In this document: in pieces, positions 1-9,421 of the stretch
Layout of the letters: each line of letters begins with the position of its first letter
Numbering within the stretch: position 1 is the stretch's first letter
NCBI GenBank assembly: GCA_035710125.1
Contig: DASTDY010000058.1
Location: 704 to 64,703 of the forward strand
Source of the DNA: Candidatus Saccharimonadales bacterium
Lineage (GTDB): Bacteria > Patescibacteriota > Saccharimonadia > Saccharimonadales > EFPC-124
Direction of reading: 5' to 3'
DNA length: 64,000 nt
Program-made: the position numbers and the translations under genes
The notes under the pieces: generated by a model
The model's database searches: none
What the model was told of the DNA's origin: nothing
Seen by the model: the letters and a program-made list of their open reading frames with translations, nothing else

Positions 1-1
1 T

Positions 2-190
2 ATTGCCCTTGGTGCTTTTTTTGCAATTCTTCCCGATATTTTATGGGTTTACTACTATACCCATAACCGTCCGGCGTGGTGGTTCTTTAGGTTCCACAGC
101 AAAATCCAGTGGTTTGAACGGCCCGAGGGTGCAATCGTAGAGGTTAGCTACACCTTTTTTATTGCGCTGGTTACCATTGCCCTACAATAA
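2..190 (+). CDS. membrane protein, C-terminal fragment (5' end outside window)
   Basis: The frame is open from the window edge to TAA at 188-190. The tail is hydrophobic (IALGAFFAILPDILWVYYY...TFFIALVTIALQ). No family recognised. Confidence 0.35.
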   Translation: MALGAFFAILPDILWVYYYTHNRPAWWFFRFHSKIQWFERPEGAIVEVSYTFFIALVTIALQ

Positions 191-217
191 ACAGACGTGT
201 CTACGTAGGGCAGAGAC

Positions 218-1843
218 CTATATCACTCTGAATACTTCTTCGATAGTCGTTTGACCGGCACACGCCTTTAAAATACCGTCTTGCAGCAGCGTTACCATGC
301 CCTGTGCTTTTGCTGTTTGCTCTATTGCGTCGGCGTTTACGTCGGCAATCTCGCCACGTAAAAATTTTTGTATAGAATCTGTAATGACCATTTGCTCCAT
401 AATGACCAATCGGCCGCTATAACCAAATGGCACGTCGGCAGATGTGCCAGGCTTGTATAATTGCAGCGTATCAATATTTGGCGCAGTTACGCCTTTGGGT
501 AAGTCTTTTAAGATGTTCGCTATGTAGTTTTTAGTCGCGTTGTCTGGGGTGTAGGCTTGCTTTGTGGCGTCGTCTAGCCTGCGAACCAAGCGCTGGGCAA
601 TGACTAGCCTAATTGCGCTCGAGAAAATCGGATTTTGGCCAATCATGTCTATCATACGGCTAAACGCAAATGACGCGTTTGTAGCATGGAATGTAGATAG
701 CACTAAATGCCCTGTAATCGAAGCCTGAATTGCAGTCCGCGCTGTATCTACGTCGCGGATTTCGCCAACCATCACAATATCTGGGTCCAGGCGCAGCACG
801 GCGCGGAGTTTTTCGGCAAAGCTATCGCCTGCTTGTGTATTAACGGGGATTTGGCTAATGCCTGGTACGGCTAGCTCAACAGGGTCTTCGAGCGTTAAAA
901 TCTTACGGCCAGGGTCGTTTAACGTATTAATGATGCTATAAAGTGTCGTAGATTTACCAGACCCAGTTGGCCCTACAACAATAACCATGCCATGGGGGTG
1001 CTTTATAATCTCATCTATATTAACTTGCTGCTCTTGGCTTAAGCCCAGCGAATCAAGATTGAGCAGCTTAGGGTCAAAGTTAAACAAGCGTACCACAACA
1101 TCTTGGCCGTACACCGTAGGTACCGACTCTATACGCATGTTAAGCAGGCTTGTGGTACCATCTGCCTTGCGGATCTCTTGCTGCATGTGGCCCGTCTGGG
1201 CTGTCGTGGCGGCGGTGCTTATATTACCGCGCGAGGCAACACTCGCCAATAACACCCTATATTTATCGTGTGTAAGTGTGGCAATTGGGTGCAGCGCGCC
1301 GTCTATGCGGAACCGGATCCGCACTGAATCTAATTGGTTCTCTAGGTGGATGTCTGAGGCTGTGAGCTTGTCGGCCTGGGTTATAAGATAATTCAGGATA
1401 TCGTCTGAGCGGACTGTGGCCAATGTTTTAGACACTTCGTCTATGGTGTCGCTGTCGCCCTCTTTGGCGATTTTTACATCTTGGTACTGGACTTTTTTTG
1501 GAGGATCATAGCGCAGCATGAGCTCTCGGAAGCCTTCGTCGGATATAATCATAAAGCGCACCACGCGGTTCCGGTAGCGTTCGCGCAGTTCACGCAGCAG
1601 CGGTTGCGGCGTAGACACCGTAATCGCAATTATAAACGGCTCACTTTCTGCGCCACTGCTTAGCGGAATAATTTTACCTTGGCGCATCTCTTGCAAAGAG
1701 AACAACCCAGGCCATAACGGCAGCGTTTTGGCAGCTGTGCGAGTATCAAAATATTGCAAGCCGAGCAGCAATGCGCGCTTTTGGGTGTTTTGTTCTTCTT
1801 GGTCGCGAAAACGCTGACTATCGTCCAAACTAGCCATTAGCAT
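218..1843 (-). CDS. pilB: type IV pilus / type II secretion assembly ATPase (GspE/PilB family)
   Basis: Walker A GPTGSGKST, Walker B region DPDIVMVGEIRD and His box LVLSTFHAT. Start trimmed to the Met at 1843 (MLMASLDD) because the ORF-track start overlaps the divergent gene. Confidence 0.85.
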   Translation of the reverse strand: MLMASLDDSQRFRDQEEQNTQKRALLLGLQYFDTRTAAKTLPLWPGLFSLQEMRQGKIIPLSSGAESEPFIIAITVSTPQPLLRELRERYRNRVVRFMIISDEGFRELMLRYDPPKKVQYQDVKIAKEGDSDTIDEVSKTLATVRSDDILNYLITQADKLTASDIHLENQLDSVRIRFRIDGALHPIATLTHDKYRVLLASVASRGNISTAATTAQTGHMQQEIRKADGTTSLLNMRIESVPTVYGQDVVVRLFNFDPKLLNLDSLGLSQEQQVNIDEIIKHPHGMVIVVGPTGSGKSTTLYSIINTLNDPGRKILTLEDPVELAVPGISQIPVNTQAGDSFAEKLRAVLRLDPDIVMVGEIRDVDTARTAIQASITGHLVLSTFHATNASFAFSRMIDMIGQNPIFSSAIRLVIAQRLVRRLDDATKQAYTPDNATKNYIANILKDLPKGVTAPNIDTLQLYKPGTSADVPFGYSGRLVIMEQMVITDSIQKFLRGEIADVNADAIEQTAKAQGMVTLLQDGILKACAGQTTIEEVFRVI

Positions 1844-1878
1844 TATTGTACTGCAAAGTACCGTCGTATAGTAAGAAT

Positions 1879-2373
1879 ATGTCAATAATCGTGATTGCCC
1901 ATAATATTAGAAGTACCCATAACGTGGGGTCTATTCTGCGCACTGCCGATGGTTTTGGGGTTAAAAGAGTGTTTTTAACAGGCTACACCCCTTACCCGAC
2001 GCAGCCAGACGATACACGTCTGCCGCATATCCGCAACAAAATTACCAACCAAATCCATAAAACCGCGCTAGGCGCAGAACAAACTGTGCCGGTTACCTAT
2101 AGCCAAGATGTTCTGGGAATTCTGACCGCACTAAAACAACAAGGGTACCGGTTGGTTGCGTTAGAACAAGGCGCCAAGGCGGTACCGTTGCCACAGCTAC
2201 GCCCCGCACAACATGTCGCGCTTTTGTTGGGCGAAGAAGTACATGGCATTAACCCTGACCTACAAAAGCTGTGCGACACCATCACAGAAATACCAATGGC
2301 GGGCAAAAAAGAATCATTTAATGTAAGTGTGGCTACTGGCATTGCCTTATACCAACTTGCGAACCATCCATAA
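1879..2373 (+). CDS. SpoU/TrmH-family RNA 2'-O-methyltransferase
   Basis: IVIAHNIRSTHNVGSILRTADGFG and EIPMAGKKESFNVSVATGIALY match SpoU motifs. Start placed at ATG 1879 (MSIIVIA). Confidence 0.8.
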   Translation: MSIIVIAHNIRSTHNVGSILRTADGFGVKRVFLTGYTPYPTQPDDTRLPHIRNKITNQIHKTALGAEQTVPVTYSQDVLGILTALKQQGYRLVALEQGAKAVPLPQLRPAQHVALLLGEEVHGINPDLQKLCDTITEIPMAGKKESFNVSVATGIALYQLANHP

Positions 2374-2386
2374 ATACGACATAATA

Positions 2387-3445
2387 ATGAAAGCGATGCC
2401 ACAAAAAACAAAAGTTTCAGCCAAAAACCATCCAACAAAAAAACGGCAACATTTGCGACCGCTCCATATGATGCGGCTTTATGGTTTCGGCGCGCTTATG
2501 GCCAGCCTAATAGCGATCCATTTTATTGCAGCTCTGCAAGCAAATGCCGTCCGCCCAACTCAGCCCCAGAGCGAGGTACTTGCCTATGCTACCTCTATAA
2601 ATGTGGATGATTTACTCGCCGCAACTAACCAATCCCGCGCGAGCAACGGGCTCGCGGCACTTACGCTGAACGCCAAACTGAATAGCGGCGCACAGGCAAA
2701 AGCAAACGACATGATTGCCAAAAATTACTGGAGCCACAACAGCCCAGATGGCACGCAACCTTGGGCATTTTTTGTGGGTGCAGGCTATAACTATGTGCGG
2801 GCAGGCGAAAACCTGGCCTACGGATTCGACACGAGTAGCGGCGTACAGACAGGCTGGATGAACAGCGCTGGCCACCGCGCGAATGTATTGGGCAATTTTG
2901 CAGACGTAGGGTTTGGCATTGCAAACGGCCCAAATTACCAAGGCGGACCGAATACCGTGGTTGTTGCGTTTTACGCAACAGCACAGACAACGCCCGCTCC
3001 TGCCCCTGCCGTGGCGCCTGCCGCCCCAGCGCAGGCACCACCAGCGCCAAAACCCGCGGTTGTGCCACAACCACCAGCTGCGCCACCCGCCCCCGCCCCA
3101 ACACCGCCCGCACCTGAACCAGTAAAACCCGAAGTCCCGCAAGAACAGCCTCTAAACAGCAACCAAAACGAGTCCCAGTCACAACCAAAAGAACCGCCGC
3201 AAGATCCCAAACAGGTCACTACACTCGAGACGGTCTTAAACGGCCAAACTTCATGGCCAACATTCGCCAGCCTAGGGGCGGTTGGCATAACATCTGTAGG
3301 GATCGCTGGAACACACCTGCAACTTATTCGGCGCGGCTGGCGGCAAAGCAGGCATTACATTCTATTGCACCCAGCATTAGACACAGCAGTGCTCGCGGCG
3401 ATTACTGCGGCAATCCTTACCTCTGCGTCTGGTTTTATAAAATAA
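2387..3445 (+). CDS. secreted CAP/SCP (PR-1-like, YkwD-type) domain protein with Pro/Ala-rich linker and C-terminal membrane segments
   Basis: N-terminal TM/signal (LYGFGALMASLIAIHFIAAL). CAP core NYWSHNSPDG...GENLAYGF...GWMNSAGHRANVL. PAPAPAVAPAAPAQAPPAP linker, then hydrophobic C-terminus. Start at MKAMPQK (2387). Confidence 0.7.
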   Translation: MKAMPQKTKVSAKNHPTKKRQHLRPLHMMRLYGFGALMASLIAIHFIAALQANAVRPTQPQSEVLAYATSINVDDLLAATNQSRASNGLAALTLNAKLNSGAQAKANDMIAKNYWSHNSPDGTQPWAFFVGAGYNYVRAGENLAYGFDTSSGVQTGWMNSAGHRANVLGNFADVGFGIANGPNYQGGPNTVVVAFYATAQTTPAPAPAVAPAAPAQAPPAPKPAVVPQPPAAPPAPAPTPPAPEPVKPEVPQEQPLNSNQNESQSQPKEPPQDPKQVTTLETVLNGQTSWPTFASLGAVGITSVGIAGTHLQLIRRGWRQSRHYILLHPALDTAVLAAITAAILTSASGFIK

Positions 3446-3497
3446 TACATAGACACCGCATGCCAGGCCGCATTTTGCTGCGACAGGTACAGAGGCG

Positions 3498-6400
3498 CTA
3501 TTGAAGCGCCACGCACTCGGCGCCGAGCAACCCAGCGACCGCTGTTTGCAAATCGTTATGCGGGTCTATGGTAAACGGCAAACGCATTGCCGACTTCTTT
3601 TCGGCTCCAAGCACCAATACCACCTCGTGATCGCCTGGATAATTGTTAAAGGTTTGCTTTAGTTTTAAAAGCGCATCGTGGTCATCGGGGTCTTTTACGT
3701 GCACAAACAACCGCGGGCGGGGCGGGGCTGCCTCTGGCGGCTTAGGGTTAGCTTGCGCCTGGTACACTGGCTCTACCGGCTTATATACCACTTTTTTACC
3801 GCCATCGTTGGCCTGGGTTGCCATATTTTTACCCCCAGCTTGTGGCACCTTCATGTTTTTGCCAGTTGATTTGTAATTTTCTAGTTCTTCAGGGGTCACA
3901 ATAGTAATGGTGTCGGCTATTATTTTTATGTCGTCGGTTGTCTTGCCGTCGCGGTCTTTGGCATTCACCTTACCCTTTACCTTAATAACTGTATCTTGCA
4001 GAAGCTTTTCGCCGATTTCTTCGTAGGTTTTCGGAAAAACAATAACTTCCATTTCGCCAGATTTGTCTTCCATTTTTACAAAGGCCATTTTAGTGCCGCT
4101 TTTGGTTAAAATGCTACGGGATTCTAAAATAATACCACCGACTGTTGCTGGTTTGTTGTCCATTTCTTTTGCGAGTTGGGCAATTGGTAGGGTCTGCTCT
4201 GTAAAATAGGCGTCGTACTTATCGAGCGGATGTGCGCTTAGGTACAACCCTAACAATTCGCGTTCCCAAAGCAGCATTTCGTGCTCTTTTACCCTGGTAG
4301 GCGCAGACTCTAGCTTAAGCGGGGCAACCATAGAATCGAGCAAATTACCAAATAGGTCGGTCTGGCCAGTCGCTGCATCTTTTTGCACCTTGCTGGCATA
4401 AGATAAAATAGTGTCGAGGTTAAATAATAGGTCGCTGCGCTCACCCATGGAGTCGAACGCACCAGCCTTGATAAGGCTTTCTAGGTTTTTGCGGTTTACA
4501 ATGCGCACGTTCACACGCTTTAAAAAGTCTTCGAGGCTCTCGAATTGCTTTTCTTGTCGGGCACGCAAGATTTCTTCTACGGCATTGGTGCCCACGTTCT
4601 TTACTGCATTAAGGCCAAAACGAATCCGGTTAGAGTCTGGAACCACGGCAAACTCTGCGAACGACTGGTTGATGTCTGGGTTGCTCACCGCAAGGCCCAT
4701 GTGCCGGCATTCGGCGATTTCTATAGCTAAACGGTCGGTGTCGTCTTGGTCGCTGGTCATAAGCGCCGCCATAAATGCCGCCGGAAAGTGCGCCTTTAGG
4801 TAGGCAGTCCAGTAAGAGGTCATACCATAGCACGCAGAGTGCGACTTGTTAAAACAGTAGTCGGCAAACCCGAGCAGGTCTTTCCAGAATTTCTCTATCA
4901 CCTGCTTTGGCACGCCATTTTTTACTGCGCCGTCAATAAACTTAACCTGCATTTTCTCCATGACGTCGAGCTTTTTTTTACCGATGGCCTTACGCAGCGT
5001 ATCGGCCTCTCCGCCGGTAAACCCACACACATCGCGCGAAATCTGCATCACTTGTTCTTGGTACACCAACACGCCAAAAGTATTGCCAAGCGCTGATTCC
5101 ATTAACGGGTGGGCGTAACTAACTTTCTCTAACCCGTTTTTGCGCTTAATAAAGCTATCTGTCAGGCCAGCCGAGAGTGGCCCTGGGCGGTACAGCGCAC
5201 CCATGGCGATCACGTCGTCGAACAAGGTTGGCTTTAGCTCACGCAAATAGCGCTTCATACCGGCAGATTCAAACTGGAACACGCCGGTGGTGTCGCCCCG
5301 GCCAAGCAGCTCGAAGGTTTTTTTATCGTCGAGTGGGATCGTACTAAGGTCTATATCGACATCATGCACCTTTTTTATTATGCGCATAGCATTCTTAATA
5401 ATGGTAAGGTTGCTGAGGCCCAAAAAGTCCATTTTAAGTAGGCCAAGCTCCTCTATCTGGCCCATCGGAAACTGCGTAGACACCACGCCTTTTTGCGCCA
5501 TTTCTAGCGGCACATACTGCACGAGCTCACCTGGCGCAATCACCACGCCACAGGCATGCACGCCGTGGCTGCGGATGGTACCTTCTAGCCTCATTGCAAG
5601 GTCGATCACTTTTTTAGACGTTGGGTTACCTTCGTACTCTGCCTTAAGGTCGGGGTCTTTTTGGATCGATATTTTTAGGGGAATATGCCTACCCTGGATT
5701 GGCTGCGGGATCAGCTTAGCAAGGCGGTCTGCATCGCCATACGGCACCTCAAGCACACGGGCAACATCGCGCACAGCCGCCCGGGCCGCCATTTTGCCGA
5801 ACGTCACAATATTAGATACGCGGTCGGAGCCGTATTTATCGGCGCAATATTGGATAACTTCGTCGCGGCGAGTGTCGGCTATGTCTACGTCTATGTCGGG
5901 CATGCTAATACGGTCGGGATTTAGGAAACGCTCGAATAACAGGCCGTATGTTAATGGGTCTAGATCGGTAATCCTGAGCGCATACGCAATAATTGAGCCA
6001 GCAGCCGAGCCTCGCCCCGGGCCAAAAATAATTCCTTGGTCTTTGCCCCAGTTTATAAAATCCTGCACGATTAACATGTAGCCGTTAAAGCCCATGCCGT
6101 CGATCACGCGTAGCTCATAGTCGGTGCGCTCAAGCACCTGTTGGTCAACCATGTCTCGCACCTCTTGGATAGTCATGGTTGCAGCTTTAGCGCGTTCAAC
6201 CTGGGCGTACCGCTCGGCGAGCCCTTGGAACACGAGCTTATCTAAAAAGGTCTTTTCGGTCTCGCCGTCTGGCACGGGGAACTTTGGAATTAGTATGCCA
6301 CCCAGCTCTAGCTTAACGTCGCAACGGTCGGCGATTTCTTTAGTGTGCGCAATAACCTCGGGGTACTCTTTGCCCCACCTGGAGATTATTTCTTGGGGGG

Positions 6401-7181
6401 ACTCTACGTAAAGGTCGAAATCTTTTAAAGAGAACCTGTCTTGGTCGCTCACAAATGCGCCAGTTTGCACACATAGCAAAATTTCGTGGGCGTCTTTGTC
6501 TGAATCAGATGCATAATGCGCATCGCAGGTCACAACCACCTTAATGTCTAAGTCCTGCGCAAGTTTGATAAGTTTTTTGTTTACCCGTACTTGTTCTTCC
6601 CATTTATGGGTATGCTCGGGGTGGCCATGGTCTTGGATTTCTATGTAATAGCGATCGCCGAACACCTCTTTATACCACTTTGCTGCTTCGTATGCTTTGG
6701 CGTCTTGGTCGTTGCGGAGGTTTTCGCCCACCTCGCCACCAATGCATCCAGACAAACAAATAAGCCCTTCGCTGTGTTTTTTTAGCAAGTCGCGGTCTAT
6801 GCGTGGCTTGTAATAGTAGCCATCTAGGTTGGCAGTTGTAGAAAGCCGCATAAGGTTTTGATACCCTTGGTTGTTCATGGCAAGCAAAATAAGGTGGTAG
6901 CGAAACTTATCTTTTACGGGATCTTTATCTTTTAAAGATCGGGGCGCCATGTAGGTTTCTATACCTATGATTGGTTTTATGCCGCGGGCGTGCGCTTCTT
7001 TATAAAATTCAATCGCACCACTAAGGGTGCCGTGGTCGGTTATAGCCACGGCCTCCATGCCTAACTCTTTTACGCGGTCCAGCATTTCGGGCACTTTTTG
7101 CAGGCCATCAAGCACACTGTAGTGTGTGTGGTTATGCAAATGCACGTAATCACTAGGCTGGAGCGCCTTTTGGTCCGTCAC
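3498..7181 (-). CDS. dnaE: DNA polymerase III alpha subunit
   Basis: 1227 aa with GTG start. PHP domain HLHNHTHYSVLDG, polymerase core (GPGRGSAAGS, PDIDVD, FNKSH) and OB fold, followed by an extra low-complexity linker and small C-terminal domain. Confidence 0.95.
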   Translation of the reverse strand: MTDQKALQPSDYVHLHNHTHYSVLDGLQKVPEMLDRVKELGMEAVAITDHGTLSGAIEFYKEAHARGIKPIIGIETYMAPRSLKDKDPVKDKFRYHLILLAMNNQGYQNLMRLSTTANLDGYYYKPRIDRDLLKKHSEGLICLSGCIGGEVGENLRNDQDAKAYEAAKWYKEVFGDRYYIEIQDHGHPEHTHKWEEQVRVNKKLIKLAQDLDIKVVVTCDAHYASDSDKDAHEILLCVQTGAFVSDQDRFSLKDFDLYVESPQEIISRWGKEYPEVIAHTKEIADRCDVKLELGGILIPKFPVPDGETEKTFLDKLVFQGLAERYAQVERAKAATMTIQEVRDMVDQQVLERTDYELRVIDGMGFNGYMLIVQDFINWGKDQGIIFGPGRGSAAGSIIAYALRITDLDPLTYGLLFERFLNPDRISMPDIDVDIADTRRDEVIQYCADKYGSDRVSNIVTFGKMAARAAVRDVARVLEVPYGDADRLAKLIPQPIQGRHIPLKISIQKDPDLKAEYEGNPTSKKVIDLAMRLEGTIRSHGVHACGVVIAPGELVQYVPLEMAQKGVVSTQFPMGQIEELGLLKMDFLGLSNLTIIKNAMRIIKKVHDVDIDLSTIPLDDKKTFELLGRGDTTGVFQFESAGMKRYLRELKPTLFDDVIAMGALYRPGPLSAGLTDSFIKRKNGLEKVSYAHPLMESALGNTFGVLVYQEQVMQISRDVCGFTGGEADTLRKAIGKKKLDVMEKMQVKFIDGAVKNGVPKQVIEKFWKDLLGFADYCFNKSHSACYGMTSYWTAYLKAHFPAAFMAALMTSDQDDTDRLAIEIAECRHMGLAVSNPDINQSFAEFAVVPDSNRIRFGLNAVKNVGTNAVEEILRARQEKQFESLEDFLKRVNVRIVNRKNLESLIKAGAFDSMGERSDLLFNLDTILSYASKVQKDAATGQTDLFGNLLDSMVAPLKLESAPTRVKEHEMLLWERELLGLYLSAHPLDKYDAYFTEQTLPIAQLAKEMDNKPATVGGIILESRSILTKSGTKMAFVKMEDKSGEMEVIVFPKTYEEIGEKLLQDTVIKVKGKVNAKDRDGKTTDDIKIIADTITIVTPEELENYKSTGKNMKVPQAGGKNMATQANDGGKKVVYKPVEPVYQAQANPKPPEAAPPRPRLFVHVKDPDDHDALLKLKQTFNNYPGDHEVVLVLGAEKKSAMRLPFTIDPHNDLQTAVAGLLGAECVALQ

Positions 7182-7208
7182 GTTTCTACCCCTCTCGTCT
7201 TAGCTACT

Positions 7209-7217
7209 ATTATAGCA
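7209..7217 (-). promoter_or_regulatory. extended -10 box TGCTATAAT upstream of dnaE
   Basis: The minus strand reads TGCTATAAT about 28 nt upstream of the dnaE GTG, with SD GAGAGGGG in between. The same motif recurs at other gene starts in the window. Confidence 0.4.
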
Positions 7218-7284
7218 TTAGCATTGGGGGAATCTTTGTAGTGAAGTTGTCGACATAATTGTAAGTAAGAGGCGCGGATACCTC

Positions 7285-7722
7285 TTAGTTGGCGTGATGT
7301 TTTAGATAAACAGCAATTAGGTGTGCACGACTGCGGCAACCGCTTTTGGCGTAAATCTGTTCAATGTGATAGCCAACATTCGAAACACTGAAGAACATGC
7401 GAAAGGCAATTTGCGTAGAAGACAAGCCTTCCAGCGCTACGTAGCGAACAATTCGCATCTGATCTTCGGTGATTCCGTCCAATCTTTCTTTAGGAGGGCC
7501 GAGTTCATGGATCGTTGCCTTTATGGCGTCTTCAATGTTATCTACCTTTAATCTCCTGAAGATGGTCTTAAGTCGGTTATCCACCGGACGTGCCGAGTTC
7601 TTCCCAAGAAGTTTGCGGGCAATTTCGGCACTTGTTTCCCCTTTCGCTTTGGCAGAAAGAATCTGCAATTGCAATGTAGTCAGAACAATACCCACAGCTG
7701 CCCCTACCAGATATCCGCGCAC
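7285..7722 (-). CDS. transcription regulator with two tandem LuxR/GerE-type HTH modules, no receiver domain
   Basis: Module 1: LTTLQLQILSAKAKGETSAEIARKL...VDNRLKTIFRRLKV. Module 2: ITEDQMRIVRYVALEGLSSTQIAFRMFFSVSNVGYHIEQIYAKSG. Confidence 0.55.
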   Translation of the reverse strand: MRGYLVGAAVGIVLTTLQLQILSAKAKGETSAEIARKLLGKNSARPVDNRLKTIFRRLKVDNIEDAIKATIHELGPPKERLDGITEDQMRIVRYVALEGLSSTQIAFRMFFSVSNVGYHIEQIYAKSGCRSRAHLIAVYLKHHAN

Positions 7723-7803
7723 CTAAAGGATAAGCTAGAATCGTAAAGCGGGCAAGTTGCCCAGCAATACTCCCGCTGCGTGCACTCCGAGCATTTTGGT
7801 GAA

Positions 7804-9081
7804 CTATAAGGCCTTACCAATAGGGTCTTGAGGTGTCGTAGGTGGCACGTTTGGCGTACCTTTGGGTGTGTGTTTATGCTTGCGCCACCAGTAATAAAAA
7901 CCGCCGCTGGCTAAGCCCAACAACGCTAAACCACCGATCACCCCTACATACCATGGCGTGTCCGAACGTGTAGTTGACGTAGTTGGATTCTGGGGCGCCT
8001 CTGCTGTGGCAGCCACAGTAAAGGCAAGTACATTCTTTCGCTCCGAAGTCTTATTTGTAGCCGGATCAGTGATTTCGGCCTCGACATGGTGGTCGCCCGC
8101 AGGCAAATCTTTTACCTCGTATGACCAGTTCCCGTCTTTATCTGCGGTAACTTCGGCTGTTTTGGGCTCTGAAAATATATATAATTTTACTATCCCATTT
8201 GGCACCGTCTTACCACTTAGCAACAAAGGTTTATTGGCCGGCACGGTTATTGGTTTTTGGGCGTCAACTGTTTCACCAGAAACAGTAACAGCCGCCAGGG
8301 TAGGTTCCGTCGGATTGGCAGCCTGAGGCGTCTGCGCTGGTGAAGTAGTCGTTGGGGTGCCCGTGGTGGTACGAGGCGTTGTTGTAGTGGCGGTTGGAGC
8401 TGGGCTCGCAACCGTTTTTTTATCGAAGCGGGCAACCGCTGTCTCTGAGGCATTAACGCCGTTCACCGTGCCACTACATGTTGCAGAAGTGTTTAGTGCA
8501 TCCGCTCCCTTGCCGACTAAGTCGCATATTGTCCCGCTTGTTTCCCATCCTACAAATACAGAGTCTGCGGCTGGGGCGGCAGTGAATGTGTATCCTTGGC
8601 TTCTTCCCAGGCTGTGCGAACAGTCACCCCCACAACTAACGCCTGTACCTGTAACCGTACCCGACCCAGAACCGCTTTTGGTTATATTTGTGGCTATTGT
8701 GCCGTATAACCACGTAGCCATAAGGTAATTTCCGCTCGGCCTATATCCTATATTGTAGCTACAAGTAGTGCCGGAGTAGCTTGCAGCTGCCGACTCATTA
8801 CACGCCTGACCGCTGTTAGAACTCCAACTCACAAACTGTTTGGCCGGATCTGTGGTTGTAGCAGTAAGGGTAATAGTGCTGCCATCCGGAAAATTCTCTT
8901 GGCAGTCACTACCACAGTTAATCCCTGCGGGGCTGCTCGTTACAACGCCGCCCGCAGAGCCCGTTAGCGTAAATGTATACGTAGGCCCAGCCTGCGCAGT
9001 GTGCAGGCTAAGAAAAACGCTTAAGAGCCCTGCTATCAATACCAGGCAACTAACACCCCCGACAAAATGATGACTACCCAT
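7804..9081 (-). CDS. cell-surface protein: signal peptide, InlB-B-repeat-like Cys-containing domains, Thr/Pro linker, Ig-like domain, C-terminal TM anchor
   Basis: Signal LVLIAGLLSVFLSLHTAQA. Repeats GGVVTSSPAGINCGSDCQENFPDGSTITLTA...FVSWS and GTVTGTGVSCGGDCSHSL...FVGWE. Linker PTATTTTPRTTTGTPTTTSPAQTP. Ig-like TADKDGNWSYEVKDLPAGDHHVEAEITD. TM WYVGVIGGLALLGLASGGFYYWW followed by RKHKH. Confidence 0.7.
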   Translation of the reverse strand: MGSHHFVGGVSCLVLIAGLLSVFLSLHTAQAGPTYTFTLTGSAGGVVTSSPAGINCGSDCQENFPDGSTITLTATTTDPAKQFVSWSSNSGQACNESAAASYSGTTCSYNIGYRPSGNYLMATWLYGTIATNITKSGSGSGTVTGTGVSCGGDCSHSLGRSQGYTFTAAPAADSVFVGWETSGTICDLVGKGADALNTSATCSGTVNGVNASETAVARFDKKTVASPAPTATTTTPRTTTGTPTTTSPAQTPQAANPTEPTLAAVTVSGETVDAQKPITVPANKPLLLSGKTVPNGIVKLYIFSEPKTAEVTADKDGNWSYEVKDLPAGDHHVEAEITDPATNKTSERKNVLAFTVAATAEAPQNPTTSTTRSDTPWYVGVIGGLALLGLASGGFYYWWRKHKHTPKGTPNVPPTTPQDPIGKAL

Positions 9082-9226
9082 ATATCCCCTTATGCTTTTA
9101 ACTTAAGGTATCATAACCTGCCTCAACCGAGAAGACTCACTGCTGTTCTTACAATTTCTAAATTCGACACAGGCATATGCCCAAGAGGTTACCTGGCTGT
9201 TAAGCCACCTATTGCACCTACCTAGC

Positions 9227-9421
9227 CTAAACAGGGACACCCCATCCCGTAAAAGTTGTTTCGGCAGTTACTGGTGTGAGCACTTCAAAATATACAGTCG
9301 CAACCTGAGCATCGGGCGTGAGGTTAGCGGCGACTTCCACGTAGGTAGTGGCATTCTGCACAGATGCCGTGGTTGTATCGAGCACCTCTACATACGTTGT
9401 TGCGCTGCGCGAGTCAGCCAT
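9227..9421 (-). CDS. 64-aa repeat protein, last gene of the tail-fibre-like module
   Basis: Its ATG overlaps the upstream stop (TAATG at 9419-9423). Contains three copies of a heptad-like unit: ATTYVEV, ATTYVEV, ATVYFEV. Confidence 0.45.
   Translation of the reverse strand: MADSRSATTYVEVLDTTTASVQNATTYVEVAANLTPDAQVATVYFEVLTPVTAETTFTGWGVPV

Noticed and set aside
2612-3288. A local GC spike and several antisense or alternate-frame ORFs within the CAP-domain gene.
   Set aside because: The spike is explained by the Pro/Ala-rich linker (PAPAPAVAPAAPAQAPPAP), which is encoded by CCN/GCN codons. It is not a foreign island, and the extra ORFs are frame artefacts.
5287-6081. A 264-aa plus-strand ORF inside dnaE, plus similar antisense ORFs inside pheT, gatA, gap, the histidine kinase and others.
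   Set aside because: All lie antisense to long, motif-supported genes, and none has an independent signal.
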